DNA of 64,000 bases from NCBI GenBank assembly GCA_964344705.1, contig CAYFOG010000001.1, positions 48,984 to 112,983 on the forward strand, read 5' to 3'. Under the pieces are notes generated by a model, which worked only from the letters and a program-made list of their open reading frames with translations, searched no databases and was not told the DNA's origin. The translations under genes were made by a program, and so were the position numbers. Below are positions 28,750 to 37,355 of this stretch, one piece after another; position 1 is the first letter of the stretch; every line of letters starts with the position of its first letter. Origin of the DNA: Candidatus Woesearchaeota archaeon (lineage in GTDB: Archaea; Nanobdellota; Nanobdellia; UBA10117; ARS21).

Positions 28750-29214
28750 TTATTCCTTCTTTTTAGATTTAGTTGAGGATGATTTGGTTTTAGTTTTAGT
28801 TGTAGAAGCTTTCTTTACGGCCGGTTTCTTTTTTGTTACAGGCTTTTTTTCAGATTTTGCTTCTTGTTTGACTGGCTTTTCTTCCTTCTTCTCTTTGACT
28901 TTTGCCGGAAGCTTTTCTTCAGTATTTACTTCTTCCTTCTTTGCCTTTCGAGGAAGTTCTGAAAGTTCAACTAATACGTGACTGTCTTCTTTCTTTACAT
29001 TAACTCTTACTCGTGATGGAGGGTTCTTTGCCCCTCGCTTCCAAATTGCTTCGTTAAGCCATCTGCCAACTTTTACATCTTCTGCTTTTGCGTGTTGAAC
29101 TACAAAACTTTTGACTGTGCTAACTGCCTTTTCAGCTCTTCGCCATCGTGGAGTCTTAAGAAATTCCTTTCTCAAAGGAATTGTGTATGTTCGGGTTTCT
29201 CCAGCCTTCATCAT
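28750..29214 (-). CDS. rpl31e: 50S ribosomal protein L31e with a lysine-rich C-terminal tail
   Basis: RTYTIPLRK...VRVN core; downstream of rpl39e. Confidence 0.8.
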   Translation of the reverse strand: MMKAGETRTYTIPLRKEFLKTPRWRRAEKAVSTVKSFVVQHAKAEDVKVGRWLNEAIWKRGAKNPPSRVRVNVKKEDSHVLVELSELPRKAKKEEVNTEEKLPAKVKEKKEEKPVKQEAKSEKKPVTKKKPAVKKASTTKTKTKSSSTKSKKKE

Positions 29215-29216
29215 TT

Positions 29217-29393
29217 TTATCCTCGTTGAATATTACCTTTCCGCCATCTTCGTTTCTTTGATGTTGCTGCAGAAGGATGAACTCTTCGACCTACTCCGAA
29301 TTTCTTTGGAATAATCCAGAATGGTGCCCATCTAGTTTGGCGACCTGCCGTAATTAATCGATTCTTTCGCCCGGATGGTTTTCTTGAACTCAT
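29217..29393 (-). CDS. rpl39e: 50S ribosomal protein L39e (58 aa; below the ORF-track cutoff, found by manual translation)
   Basis: MSSRKPSGRKNRLITAGRQTRWAPFWIIPKKFGVGRRVHP... between rps19e and rpl31e. Confidence 0.7.
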   Translation of the reverse strand: MSSRKPSGRKNRLITAGRQTRWAPFWIIPKKFGVGRRVHPSAATSKKRRWRKGNIQRG

Positions 29394-29818
29394 TTTGCTT
29401 TCCTCATTTGAACTGCAGTCTTGTCAAGTAAAGATTGACCTTTTGGTGAGATAATTCTACCTTTCTTAGCAGTTTGTGATTGTTGAACTAAACCAGCTGT
29501 TTCAAGCTGTTGTGTAATTTTTCTCAGAACATTTCCGGAAGCTTTTGTAAATTTAGAAGGTTTTCGTCCACGGTTCTTGCTTCCACCGTATCGAGAACGC
29601 ATTTTTGAGACACCCACTGGACCGTGATTATAAATATTTTTTAGCACTGATGCAGCTCTAATATGCCACCAATCAGGATTTGCCGGAGGTCTCATTCTAT
29701 GATTTCCACTCTTAACAAATTTTGCCCATTCTGGAGGCGAAATTTCCTTAAGTTTCTTGAGTTCTCCAGCTAGAGCGTTAATTGCTTTTTCTGGGTTAAT
29801 ATCATTGACTGATGTCAT
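29390..29818 (-). CDS. rps19e: 30S ribosomal protein S19e
   Basis: NPDWWHIRAASVLK and GGSKNRG motifs. Confidence 0.85.
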   Translation of the reverse strand: MTSVNDINPEKAINALAGELKKLKEISPPEWAKFVKSGNHRMRPPANPDWWHIRAASVLKNIYNHGPVGVSKMRSRYGGSKNRGRKPSKFTKASGNVLRKITQQLETAGLVQQSQTAKKGRIISPKGQSLLDKTAVQMRKAK

Positions 29819-29840
29819 GGTTATGAACAGGATATCAGTT

Positions 29841-30167
29841 TTAAAAACCTTTTGATAAGAGTCCGGCTACGATGAAAATAAGTGCTTGTGTGTATGCCTG
29901 TTTCAGCGCAATTCGCGGGTTTTGGTTGGTTGTGTTCAACGAAGAATAAATCAGCAATATTGCGAAAATTGTTAGCAAGATTGTGTTGGAAGGATTCGGT
30001 CCGATTGAGATTCCTGCAAGGGTCGCTATGATATATTTGAATCTTCCAAATTCTTGTTTTGTTCTTTTCTGAAACCAAGCAAATTCTTGTCGAGCTATTC
30101 GATTGAGTAAGAATCCCAAGAAATATGCCGTCGAAATTAACAGGATAATTATTACATCATTTAGCAT
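29841..30167 (-). CDS. Hypothetical membrane protein (3 predicted TM helices)
   Basis: Hydrophobic segments only. An alternative-frame ORF at 29821-30078 was rejected. Confidence 0.35.
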   Translation of the reverse strand: MLNDVIIILLISTAYFLGFLLNRIARQEFAWFQKRTKQEFGRFKYIIATLAGISIGPNPSNTILLTIFAILLIYSSLNTTNQNPRIALKQAYTQALIFIVAGLLSKGF

Positions 30168-30200
30168 GTTTTTTATAGAGTACGCAAATTTAAAACAATA

Positions 30201-30725
30201 ATGAAATTGAAGGATTCAGAACATGTGTATTCTCCGCGAGAAGATTCAAAATTACTACAACGCGTTGTTGAGAATTACATGAAAAAATTCAAACCGAAGC
30301 GAGTTTTGGATATGGGAACAGGTTCAGGAATTCAAGCTATTGCTGCAAAGAAAGCTTATTCCGGTGCTGAAGTTTTTGGAGCAGATATTAATCCAATGGC
30401 GATTGACTTGGCTACTGAAAATGCTAAACTTAATGATGTTGAGGTTAAGTTTTTCGTTTCAGATTTGTTTGAACGATTTTATGGTCAAAAGTTTGATTTG
30501 ATTATTTTCAATGCTCCTTATTTGCCTCCAGAACCACCGCTTGATCCCATTTGGAGTGGCGGTGAAAAGTTTATTTTGAAGTTTATTGAGTTAGCTCGAG
30601 AACATCTGAATAACGACGGAAAGATTTTATTTGTTTATTCATCCAAATCTCCAGTTAAATTCGAACATAAAATTATAGTTTCAGAGAAAATATTCTTTGA
30701 AACGCTCTATGTTGCTGAGGCGTGA
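30201..30725 (+). CDS. HemK/Mtq2-like methyltransferase (small MTS domain; N5-glutamine or N6-adenine type)
   Basis: Motif I VLDMGTGSGIQ, motif IV NAPYLP (NPPY variant). Confidence 0.6.
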   Translation: MKLKDSEHVYSPREDSKLLQRVVENYMKKFKPKRVLDMGTGSGIQAIAAKKAYSGAEVFGADINPMAIDLATENAKLNDVEVKFFVSDLFERFYGQKFDLIIFNAPYLPPEPPLDPIWSGGEKFILKFIELAREHLNNDGKILFVYSSKSPVKFEHKIIVSEKIFFETLYVAEA

Positions 30726-30734
30726 TAAGGTTTA

Positions 30735-31075
30735 TATTAAACCTGTGTCTTCTTGATTTAAGAAGACGGGGCTAACCTTGTGAATCACTTAAAGTTAAGT
30801 TTCAACTCTCGCGAGTGAAGCTATAAAGAGTGATACGGGCAATAAGGGCAACTGTTAGTAGCTTGAGACGACGATTGGGATAATAGGCCGCGATATGCGA
30901 ACCCTTTTCGATTCGTTTGATCCCTCACTAGCATCTCTTAATGTCAGAAGAGGCTATTGACCGAGCTGTTTGAGCTGAAGAGTTCATTAAGGATTCATTC
31001 AGGAGGGCAACACTTTGGCCGTGGACCTTTTCCACATGGGCCTATACGTCTTCTGAACTTTTCAAAATTCGAGCC
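30735..31075. ncRNA. Unassigned structured RNA candidate (GC-richer, ORF-free, ~340 nt); RNase P RNA is a possibility but consensus CR-I/CR-V boxes are not convincingly present
   Basis: GC-elevated island with no ORF. Terminal hairpins GUCUUCUU-GAUUU-AAGAAGAC (5') and GGCC-GUGG-ACCUUUU-CCAC-AUG-GGCC (3') followed by a T-rich tract. Box A-like TTTATATTAAAC sits at 30730. Ends CGUCUUCU/AGAAGACG can pair. Strand not resolved. Confidence 0.3.
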
Positions 31076-31108
31076 ATTTTTAAGTTTTAATGCTAAAATC
31101 ATAATCCC

Positions 31109-31354
31109 ATGCTAAACGCATATGTATTAATAAAAACTCGAGCAGGTCAAGAGAAAGACGTTCTTGAGACTTTGAGTGCTGATGAAAGTATTGTAGATGT
31201 AAGTATTGTTTACGGGCAATATGATTTAATTGCAAAAGTTTTCTTAAATGATATGACTGATTTGCCAACATTTATCATGGAAACAATCCGACCAATTAAA
31301 GGAATTACAGAAACTTCTACTTTGCTCGCGGCTTACGACCCTTCGAGTGCTTAA
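31109..31354 (+). CDS. Stand-alone Lrp/AsnC ligand-binding (RAM) domain protein
   Basis: 81 aa, YVLIKTRAGQEKDVLETL...GQYDLIAKV matches an AsnC C-terminal domain without the HTH. Confidence 0.55.
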   Translation: MLNAYVLIKTRAGQEKDVLETLSADESIVDVSIVYGQYDLIAKVFLNDMTDLPTFIMETIRPIKGITETSTLLAAYDPSSA

Positions 31355-31886
31355 TGACGATGTTTTTCATTAAGTAAGAATTCGGTATCATCATGATGTT
31401 TTTGCTGTCCATTGCAATGTATGTGTCAAGCAAATCTATTTTTGTAACTTTTCCGTCAAAATCTTTGAATTTTATGAAATCTCCTTTCTTGATTTTTTTT
31501 GTTCCAATCAGATAAAGTCCTGCAAAAATATTTGGCATGAAATCTCGCAAAGCCAGAGTGAAAGAGATTAACAAAATTCCGCCGAAGATGATTAATATAA
31601 AATTCATAATTGAAATTGCAACTCCGATTTGAATTAATGCTGCAATTACTGCGACACCAATAACTGAATATTTTACAAACTTTTCTGCAAGTTTTCGAGG
31701 CTTAGATTTAATTCCAAGAGCTCTTCTCAAATTTCCATTCAAATTTGCCTTTCCAATTGCGCGGCCTGTTATTTTTCCAAGAATTCTTCCCAACAAAATT
31801 CCAGTTATGATTATTAGAAGCGCTGAACCGAAAGTTGCTAGAATATATAGTGAAACGTTGTATATCAACGTAAGTATTTCATTCAT
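31317..31886 (-). CDS. Small MscS-family mechanosensitive channel-like protein
   Basis: TM helices plus an MscS beta-domain motif (KKGDFIKF.DFDGKVTKIDLLDTYI...MIPNS). Confidence 0.6.
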   Translation of the reverse strand: MNEILTLIYNVSLYILATFGSALLIIITGILLGRILGKITGRAIGKANLNGNLRRALGIKSKPRKLAEKFVKYSVIGVAVIAALIQIGVAISIMNFILIIFGGILLISFTLALRDFMPNIFAGLYLIGTKKIKKGDFIKFKDFDGKVTKIDLLDTYIAMDSKNIMMIPNSYLMKNIVIKHSKGRKPRAK

Positions 31887-31973
31887 TGCTCCTTAAGTCC
31901 AATTCTTGGGAATTTAAAGGTTTTGTTTGTGTTAAATAGCTAAGCTATTAAATCCCGGTTTTTAGAATTAAAT

Positions 31974-32861
31974 ATGCCAATGAATGTTGGGTTTGAGTAT
32001 GTTAATGCTGAACAAGAATACAACGAAGCTAAAACAACTGCTGAAAAAGTTAAGGCTTTGAAGAAGATGTTGTCAATGATTCCTAAACATAAAGGAACTG
32101 AAAAACAGCAAGCTCAAATTAAGAAACAGATCAAGAAACTTCAAGAACAAGTTGAGTTTGAAAAGAAGCAAGGCAAAGGCGCAAAATCTTTTACGATTAA
32201 GAAAGAAGGCGCAGGACAAGTTGCTATCTTTGGAAAAACAAACACTGGAAAGTCAACTCTTTTGAAAATGCTTTCTGGAAAAAATGTAAAGGTTGCAGAT
32301 TATGAATATACTACTTCTGAACCAGTTCATAAAATGATTGCCTTTGAAAATATTAAGATTCAAGGAATTGAAGTTCCGGGAATTTATGAAGGCTTTTATG
32401 ATAGTAAAAATGGTCGCCAATATTTGAGCGTTGTTCGAAATGCTGATATTGTAATTGTTCTTGCGGAGAGCAAAGCAGATTTTGATATGATTGTTTCTGA
32501 GCTTGAAAAAGCCAATATTATTTTGACCAAGACTCGAGAAAGACCTGAAGGGTTTGAAGCCAGAATTCCCTATATCAAATTATCCAAAAATAAATTTTCA
32601 ACAGACTTGATTCCAAAACTTTGGAAGAAGATGAATAAGATTAGAGTTCAGACAAAGACTGATGGAAAGATTGCTCCGAATCCAATTGTTCTTTCTAAAG
32701 GTTCAACTGTTGAAGATGTTGCACGAGCAATTCACCAAGATTTTGTTCGGAAATTTAGGTACGCTAAGATTGAAGGTCCGAGCGCAAAGTTCAAAGGTCA
32801 GCAAGTCGGACTTGAACATAAATGCAAAGACGGCGATATTGTTGAGGTTTTTGTTAAATGA
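31974..32861 (+). CDS. DRG/Obg-family GTPase with C-terminal TGS domain (G3 and G4 motifs look degenerate)
   Basis: Walker A GKTNTGKST, DRG-like C-terminus (KIAPNPIVLSKGSTVEDVARAIHQDF...GDIVEVFVK). EVPG replaces DxxG, and no clear NKxD. Confidence 0.6.
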   Translation: MPMNVGFEYVNAEQEYNEAKTTAEKVKALKKMLSMIPKHKGTEKQQAQIKKQIKKLQEQVEFEKKQGKGAKSFTIKKEGAGQVAIFGKTNTGKSTLLKMLSGKNVKVADYEYTTSEPVHKMIAFENIKIQGIEVPGIYEGFYDSKNGRQYLSVVRNADIVIVLAESKADFDMIVSELEKANIILTKTRERPEGFEARIPYIKLSKNKFSTDLIPKLWKKMNKIRVQTKTDGKIAPNPIVLSKGSTVEDVARAIHQDFVRKFRYAKIEGPSAKFKGQQVGLEHKCKDGDIVEVFVK

Positions 32862-33241
32862 AAGCAAAAGGTTCGAATGCTGAGCGACAACTTGTTGCTA
32901 AATTTTGGGAAGCCGGCTTTGCTTCCATTCGCGTTGCAGGAAGCGGTGTTTCTCGTTTTCCCTGCCCAGATGTTTTGGCTAGCAACGGAACGCGAACTAT
33001 TGCAGTTGAGGCTAAGGCAACTAAGAAAGATGTTCAATATTTCAGAGAGAATCAAATCACAGAACTAATTGAATTTTCAAGAACGTTTGGTGCTGAGCCC
33101 GTTCTTGCTGTCAAGTTTTCAACTCGCTGGGCATTTTTTGAATTATTCAAACTACGACAAACTCCAAATGGAGATTATGCAGTTTCCAAAAAAGATGTTG
33201 AAGAATTGGGAATGAGTTTTGATGAACTAATTTCTGCTTAG
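32858..33241 (+). CDS. hjc: Holliday junction resolvase Hjc
   Basis: GSNAERQLVAKFWEAGFASIRVAGSG...IAVEAKATKK matches the Hjc nuclease core (E-xK motif); 127 aa. Confidence 0.75.
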   Translation: MKAKGSNAERQLVAKFWEAGFASIRVAGSGVSRFPCPDVLASNGTRTIAVEAKATKKDVQYFRENQITELIEFSRTFGAEPVLAVKFSTRWAFFELFKLRQTPNGDYAVSKKDVEELGMSFDELISA

Positions 33242-33484
33242 AAAGTCTGCGATTTCATCAGCAGTTTGCTTTTCACCGACGAAAAGTAACGTCAGAATTA
33301 ATATTAATGCAAAAATTGTTGGCGATGCTATTAAATAAGTCCAGATAACATATCCCGTTCCTTGAACTGTTTGATAAAATACATATGCCATGTATGTAAA
33401 TACGGATAACACCGAAATTCCTGTCAGCATTACTATTGAGTAAACAGCTTTGCTATTTTTCAAGACAGTTTCCTTTAGACTCAT
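33227..33484 (-). CDS. Hypothetical small membrane protein (2 TM helices)
   Basis: Hydrophobicity only. Confidence 0.3.
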   Translation of the reverse strand: MSLKETVLKNSKAVYSIVMLTGISVLSVFTYMAYVFYQTVQGTGYVIWTYLIASPTIFALILILTLLFVGEKQTADEIADFLSRN

Positions 33485-34425
33485 ACTCTCCTCCCCAAAT
33501 CTTTGAAAAACGCGGAGGCAATGGATAAAATTATTGGACCAAGAATTACTCCAATTAAACCAAGCATACTTAATCCTCCAAAGACTCCAATAAAAATTAT
33601 TAGCGGATGAATGTTTGCCTTTCTTCCTAATAATAATGGTCGTGCAGCATAATCTAGAATGCTTCCAAGTACGAATCCATATGCCAATATTCCAATTCCT
33701 GTTGCCATGTTTCCACTAAAAATCAAATATGCTCCTACCGGTGCATAAAGGAAATAAGGACCAACAATTGGAAGCAAGGAAAGCAGTCCGGCCACTGCTC
33801 CGGCGAGGACTGGATAATCTAATCCAAAAATTACGAATCCGACTCCCGCAATTATTGCTTGAATAATTCCAATCAACAGAGTTACATGAACGAAAGCATC
33901 AACATTTTGTCTTACGTGGTTAATGATTTGCATCTTTTTTCTTCTAGGAATTGGTAAGGTTGCTTCGATCCAGTTTGTAAATCTTTCACCGTCTCTCAGA
34001 AAATAAAATAACGAAATAAAGAATATGAAGCTTGCGATGAATAAACTCGGAATCTTGGATACTAGATTAGAAAGTGCAGTTATTATGTTGGTCGCAATGA
34101 AACTAATTATTTCCTGCATATTTGGTCCCAACGTACCTGATGCCCCGGCGACTCCCAAATAAACTTTCCAAACTTCATTTCTAGTGAATGCGACACCATA
34201 ATTCAGAATAACTAACATCAGTGCGCCAAAAAACAGACAAATTGATAGGGCGGAAATATTTCCGCTGAGCTTTCCTTTAAGTTTTAAGTAAGCAGGATAT
34301 GAGAAGTATGCAAGGATTGCTGCAAAGAGTAAGGGAGTAACGAAATTCCAAGCCACAAAAACAGCCAAGATTGCTACGAAAATTGTTAGACCCAACTCTG
34401 CAAGCTTATTGTCACCAATACTCAT
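33481..34425 (-). CDS. AI-2E family transporter (PerM/UPF0118)
   Basis: Eight predicted TM helices with the characteristic family topology and length (314 aa). Confidence 0.7.
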   Translation of the reverse strand: MSIGDNKLAELGLTIFVAILAVFVAWNFVTPLLFAAILAYFSYPAYLKLKGKLSGNISALSICLFFGALMLVILNYGVAFTRNEVWKVYLGVAGASGTLGPNMQEIISFIATNIITALSNLVSKIPSLFIASFIFFISLFYFLRDGERFTNWIEATLPIPRRKKMQIINHVRQNVDAFVHVTLLIGIIQAIIAGVGFVIFGLDYPVLAGAVAGLLSLLPIVGPYFLYAPVGAYLIFSGNMATGIGILAYGFVLGSILDYAARPLLLGRKANIHPLIIFIGVFGGLSMLGLIGVILGPIILSIASAFFKDLGRRV

Positions 34426-34447
34426 GTTTTTATAGCGCCATCAGAAT

Positions 34448-35104
34448 TTATATAAGTTCTGTTAACTCCGATAAATCCTTTACGATTATATCTGGATACT
34501 CTTTGAGAAGATCTTTGTAAGTCCGCGTTCCAACGACCGCAATAGCCATCACGTCATATTCTTTTGCCATCCGAATATCTGTTTCAGTATCTCCAACAAC
34601 TGCTTTGATTTTTGATCCGAGCGCCTTCTCTAATTTTTTAAGAGGTTCAGTACTCGGCTTACGATGTCTTACATTATCCATCCCAACAATGGCTTTGAAA
34701 TATCTTGGATTGACGTTTAGATTTTGAAGCGTTTCTACTATTACTCTATGTTCAGCATTTGAAGCAATTGCCAAAGTGTATTTTTTGTTCAGCTCAACCA
34801 AAGTTTTCACTATATTTGGTTTGGCGGCAGCTTTAGTTATGTCGAGCAATCTGCTTTGATCCTCAGCTATTTTTTGAACTTTTCTTCGGCCTAAAGAAGG
34901 ATAAATTTTGTGAATAATTGTCTCTCGAAACTTTCCAAGGTGTCTCTTAATCATGCGCGCAGGAACTTTGTATAAATTATTCTTAGTAAATGATTCATTG
35001 TAAGCATCAACAATTTCTTTGGATGAGTCAACAAGTGTTCCGTCGAAATCGAATACAATAATTTCCTTTTTTCCCGCCCTAACTTTGCTTTCCATTTTAT
35101 TCAA
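34448..35104 (-). CDS. HAD-superfamily hydrolase (phosphoglycolate phosphatase-like)
   Basis: Motif I VFDFDGTLVDS, motif IV VGDTETD. Confidence 0.65.
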   Translation of the reverse strand: MNKMESKVRAGKKEIIVFDFDGTLVDSSKEIVDAYNESFTKNNLYKVPARMIKRHLGKFRETIIHKIYPSLGRRKVQKIAEDQSRLLDITKAAAKPNIVKTLVELNKKYTLAIASNAEHRVIVETLQNLNVNPRYFKAIVGMDNVRHRKPSTEPLKKLEKALGSKIKAVVGDTETDIRMAKEYDVMAIAVVGTRTYKDLLKEYPDIIVKDLSELTELI

Positions 35105-36146
35105 ACTTATATCTCAGTTTAGCTATAATGCCTTTCAATCCATTTAACTTTTTGCCCGCTGGACTAGACGATGAAATAAGGTTAACAATGCCGCCGCCGC
35201 TTTCAACATGCTCAATTAGTTCTTTAATTTCGTCAGAGCCATCGAGTCGAGAATCAGAGATTAAAATTGATTCTACTGCACCGACCTCAGCAGCAGCCTT
35301 TGTTTTTGAGATACCGTAAATTATTAACTCTGAATTTTTTGCTATCAATTGAAGAGCCTCATTAACTAAATCTTCCTCGCGGCTTAGCTGACTATTTTTG
35401 ATAATCTTGTCAAGTGCGTTTCCGCTGATTAACTCACGAATTCCATCTTCTCCACCCGAAGATACATCTTCGAGCTTGACTTTTTTGGCAGTATCCGGAA
35501 AATCTTCTTCCAATTGTTTTTTTACAATTTCTTTCCAGAAAAGAGGACTTCCAAGAATTATTACTTCAACTTTTTTGTCGTTGAATTTGTCATTAATTTC
35601 TCTGGTGACTCTTTGAATATCTTTGTAGCCTTGATTTTTTTGCTCCTCGTACCGCTTTTTTGATAGACGAAGAGAAATGCCTCCGAGTTTTGTGTAGCCC
35701 GCAGCAGTGATGTGCGCGAAGTTGGCCTGCTCGTCGTCTAAGACGCAAACGAGTGCTTTTGGGGCTTTTGATGCTGCTTCAGCATCCTTTACCATTTGAA
35801 TTTGATATTGTTTCCATTTGCCTTTTTCCACTTCCAATTCAGTTCCAAGTCCTGCTTCGATTGAGTGTGCAGAGTGCATGGCAATACCTTCAATTTCGCT
35901 TTCAACTGTGCCATGAACTCTCAGAAACCGGTCAAAATCAAGTTTTGTGACCTTAATTGTAATTTTGAAGCTCTTTTTTACAGATTTTTGCCTTCCAGTA
36001 GCTTCACCTAACTTGATTTTTCTATAAGTTAATCCGCGGACTGCGTCTCCCGGCTCAATAATTTGCTTTAGAAATAATAGATCATCAAGGCTGTCTATTC
36101 TGAGGTTCAGACGGTTGTTTTTGAGGTCTAGTCGCTGGACTATCAT
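35097..36146 (-). CDS. pelA: Pelota/Dom34 (mRNA surveillance, aRF1-like)
   Basis: Three-domain eRF1-like architecture, N-terminal Sm-like domain, 349 aa. Confidence 0.8.
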   Translation of the reverse strand: MIVQRLDLKNNRLNLRIDSLDDLLFLKQIIEPGDAVRGLTYRKIKLGEATGRQKSVKKSFKITIKVTKLDFDRFLRVHGTVESEIEGIAMHSAHSIEAGLGTELEVEKGKWKQYQIQMVKDAEAASKAPKALVCVLDDEQANFAHITAAGYTKLGGISLRLSKKRYEEQKNQGYKDIQRVTREINDKFNDKKVEVIILGSPLFWKEIVKKQLEEDFPDTAKKVKLEDVSSGGEDGIRELISGNALDKIIKNSQLSREEDLVNEALQLIAKNSELIIYGISKTKAAAEVGAVESILISDSRLDGSDEIKELIEHVESGGGIVNLISSSSPAGKKLNGLKGIIAKLRYKFE

Positions 36147-36193
36147 ACGTTTTTGAACAAAAACTATATATTAAAAGCTTGTTAGTGTTTATC

Positions 36194-37354
36194 ATGTCTA
36201 TAGGCCGAAAAGGGAAGTCGGAAGTAAGCCCTACGGGTGCCGTAGTTTTGCTAGTTTTGCTCGCAGGATTTTTGCTATTTATCCTATCTCTTCCTCAAGG
36301 GGATCGAGATGATTTACTGAATCAATTAGAATCTGTTACTGTAGAAGTTCTTTTCGAAGAAGTTCCAGGAGACGTTCAGTCGGAAACAGGTTCTAGTAGC
36401 ACAACGCGCTATGACCTCACAAATTTCAAATTAGATTCAGAAATGAGTTCAAGAGATTCAGTATTAGATAGCAGTTTAGAACTATCTTCGACAGTTTTTA
36501 ATGATGATGCTGCAACTTATTCTTTTGTGCCAGTTTGGAATTCAAATACCATTGGAATGAGTTTTAATGCATTTGTTCAGAATTATGCAGGCAACGGAAA
36601 AATTGCTGTTTTGCTAAATGGAGCTCAAATATATTCGGGAACTCCTGTTGTTGGGAATGTGCTTAAAGTTCCACTTCCAGTTTCAGGAATGTTTCAAGGA
36701 ACTAATACTTTGGAAATAGTACTAGATAAACAAGGTGCTAATATTTTCAGTTCTACGAAAATTGGATTAACTGAAGTTCTGCTGAGAACGGACTCTACAG
36801 GGAAAGATTTGATGAGCACCTTTAGTTTTGAAGTTGAACGTGGAGAAATAGTTTCAGGAACTTATACCGCAATTGTTAGAAAATCTGGTGCAGCAGTTCC
36901 ACTTAAAATTGAGTTGAATGAAGAGAATATTTATTCTGAAGTTCCGCTATCAACCATATTAACTGTTCCAATTTCGGCTGGTTTGTTTAGAGTAGGAGAT
37001 AATTTACTATCATTCAGCATTGGTGAAGGAGTGTCCTACGAAATTCTTTATTCAGATTTGATTGTTAAAACTCGTGCTATTGAAGATGCCAGAGAGTATT
37101 TCTTTAGAATTGATAGAGATCAGGCTAGACGAATAATTAATGGCCGAGCAGACTGTCTTCTTGAGATTTCCAAAGACAGCGGAGCGTCTGATGAAGTTGT
37201 TGTTGATTTGAATGGATTTGTTAGCACGCACTCCGTTCGCTCTGGAGAAGTTTCGTTTGAGGTTTGCGACAGACTGGTTTATGGAGGGAATACAATTTCA
37301 TTTGCTTCTGATGAAGAGTTAAGTCTCAGTTCGGCAAGCTTGACTTTGAGTTAA
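36194..37354 (+). CDS. Hypothetical N-terminally membrane-anchored extracellular protein (first gene of a 4-gene surface operon)
   Basis: N-terminus MSIGRKGKSEVSPTGAVVLLVLLAGFLLFIL (basic residues then a hydrophobic anchor), S/T-rich extracellular part. The track start at 36179 is a TTG. TATA-like AAACTATATATTAAAAG lies about 20 nt upstream of the ATG (leaderless). Confidence 0.5.
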   Translation: MSIGRKGKSEVSPTGAVVLLVLLAGFLLFILSLPQGDRDDLLNQLESVTVEVLFEEVPGDVQSETGSSSTTRYDLTNFKLDSEMSSRDSVLDSSLELSSTVFNDDAATYSFVPVWNSNTIGMSFNAFVQNYAGNGKIAVLLNGAQIYSGTPVVGNVLKVPLPVSGMFQGTNTLEIVLDKQGANIFSSTKIGLTEVLLRTDSTGKDLMSTFSFEVERGEIVSGTYTAIVRKSGAAVPLKIELNEENIYSEVPLSTILTVPISAGLFRVGDNLLSFSIGEGVSYEILYSDLIVKTRAIEDAREYFFRIDRDQARRIINGRADCLLEISKDSGASDEVVVDLNGFVSTHSVRSGEVSFEVCDRLVYGGNTISFASDEELSLSSASLTLS

Positions 37355-37355
37355 G

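Noticed and set aside
29821-30078. Alternative-frame 85-aa ORF overlapping the 29841-30167 membrane-protein ORF.
   Set aside because: Same strand, different frame. The longer frame gives coherent TM helices, and the shorter one does not.
31017-31040. CR-I-like string GGAAAAGGUCCACGGCC (reverse strand) as evidence for RNase P RNA.
   Set aside because: The string is the loop and 3' arm of a local hairpin (GGCC-CAU-GUGG...CCAC-GGCC) rather than a free P4 strand. No CR-V partner was found, so RNase P identity is not supported by this alone.
36179-36193. Upstream TTG/GTG starts proposed by the ORF track (e.g. 36179, 2823, 846, 55252, 48554, 61693, 20858, 22618, 14064, 11593, 28076).
   Set aside because: In each case an in-frame ATG lies 9-60 nt downstream, with better homology at the N-terminus, an SD-like element or a TATA box at leaderless distance. 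The ATG starts were used instead.
36194-36290. Product 1 of the surface operon as a type IV pilin/archaellin with a class III signal peptide.
   Set aside because: After the RKG site the +1 to +8 residues (KSEVSPTG) are polar rather than immediately hydrophobic, and no pilin-like +5 pattern is seen. It is treated as a generic signal anchor pending prediction.
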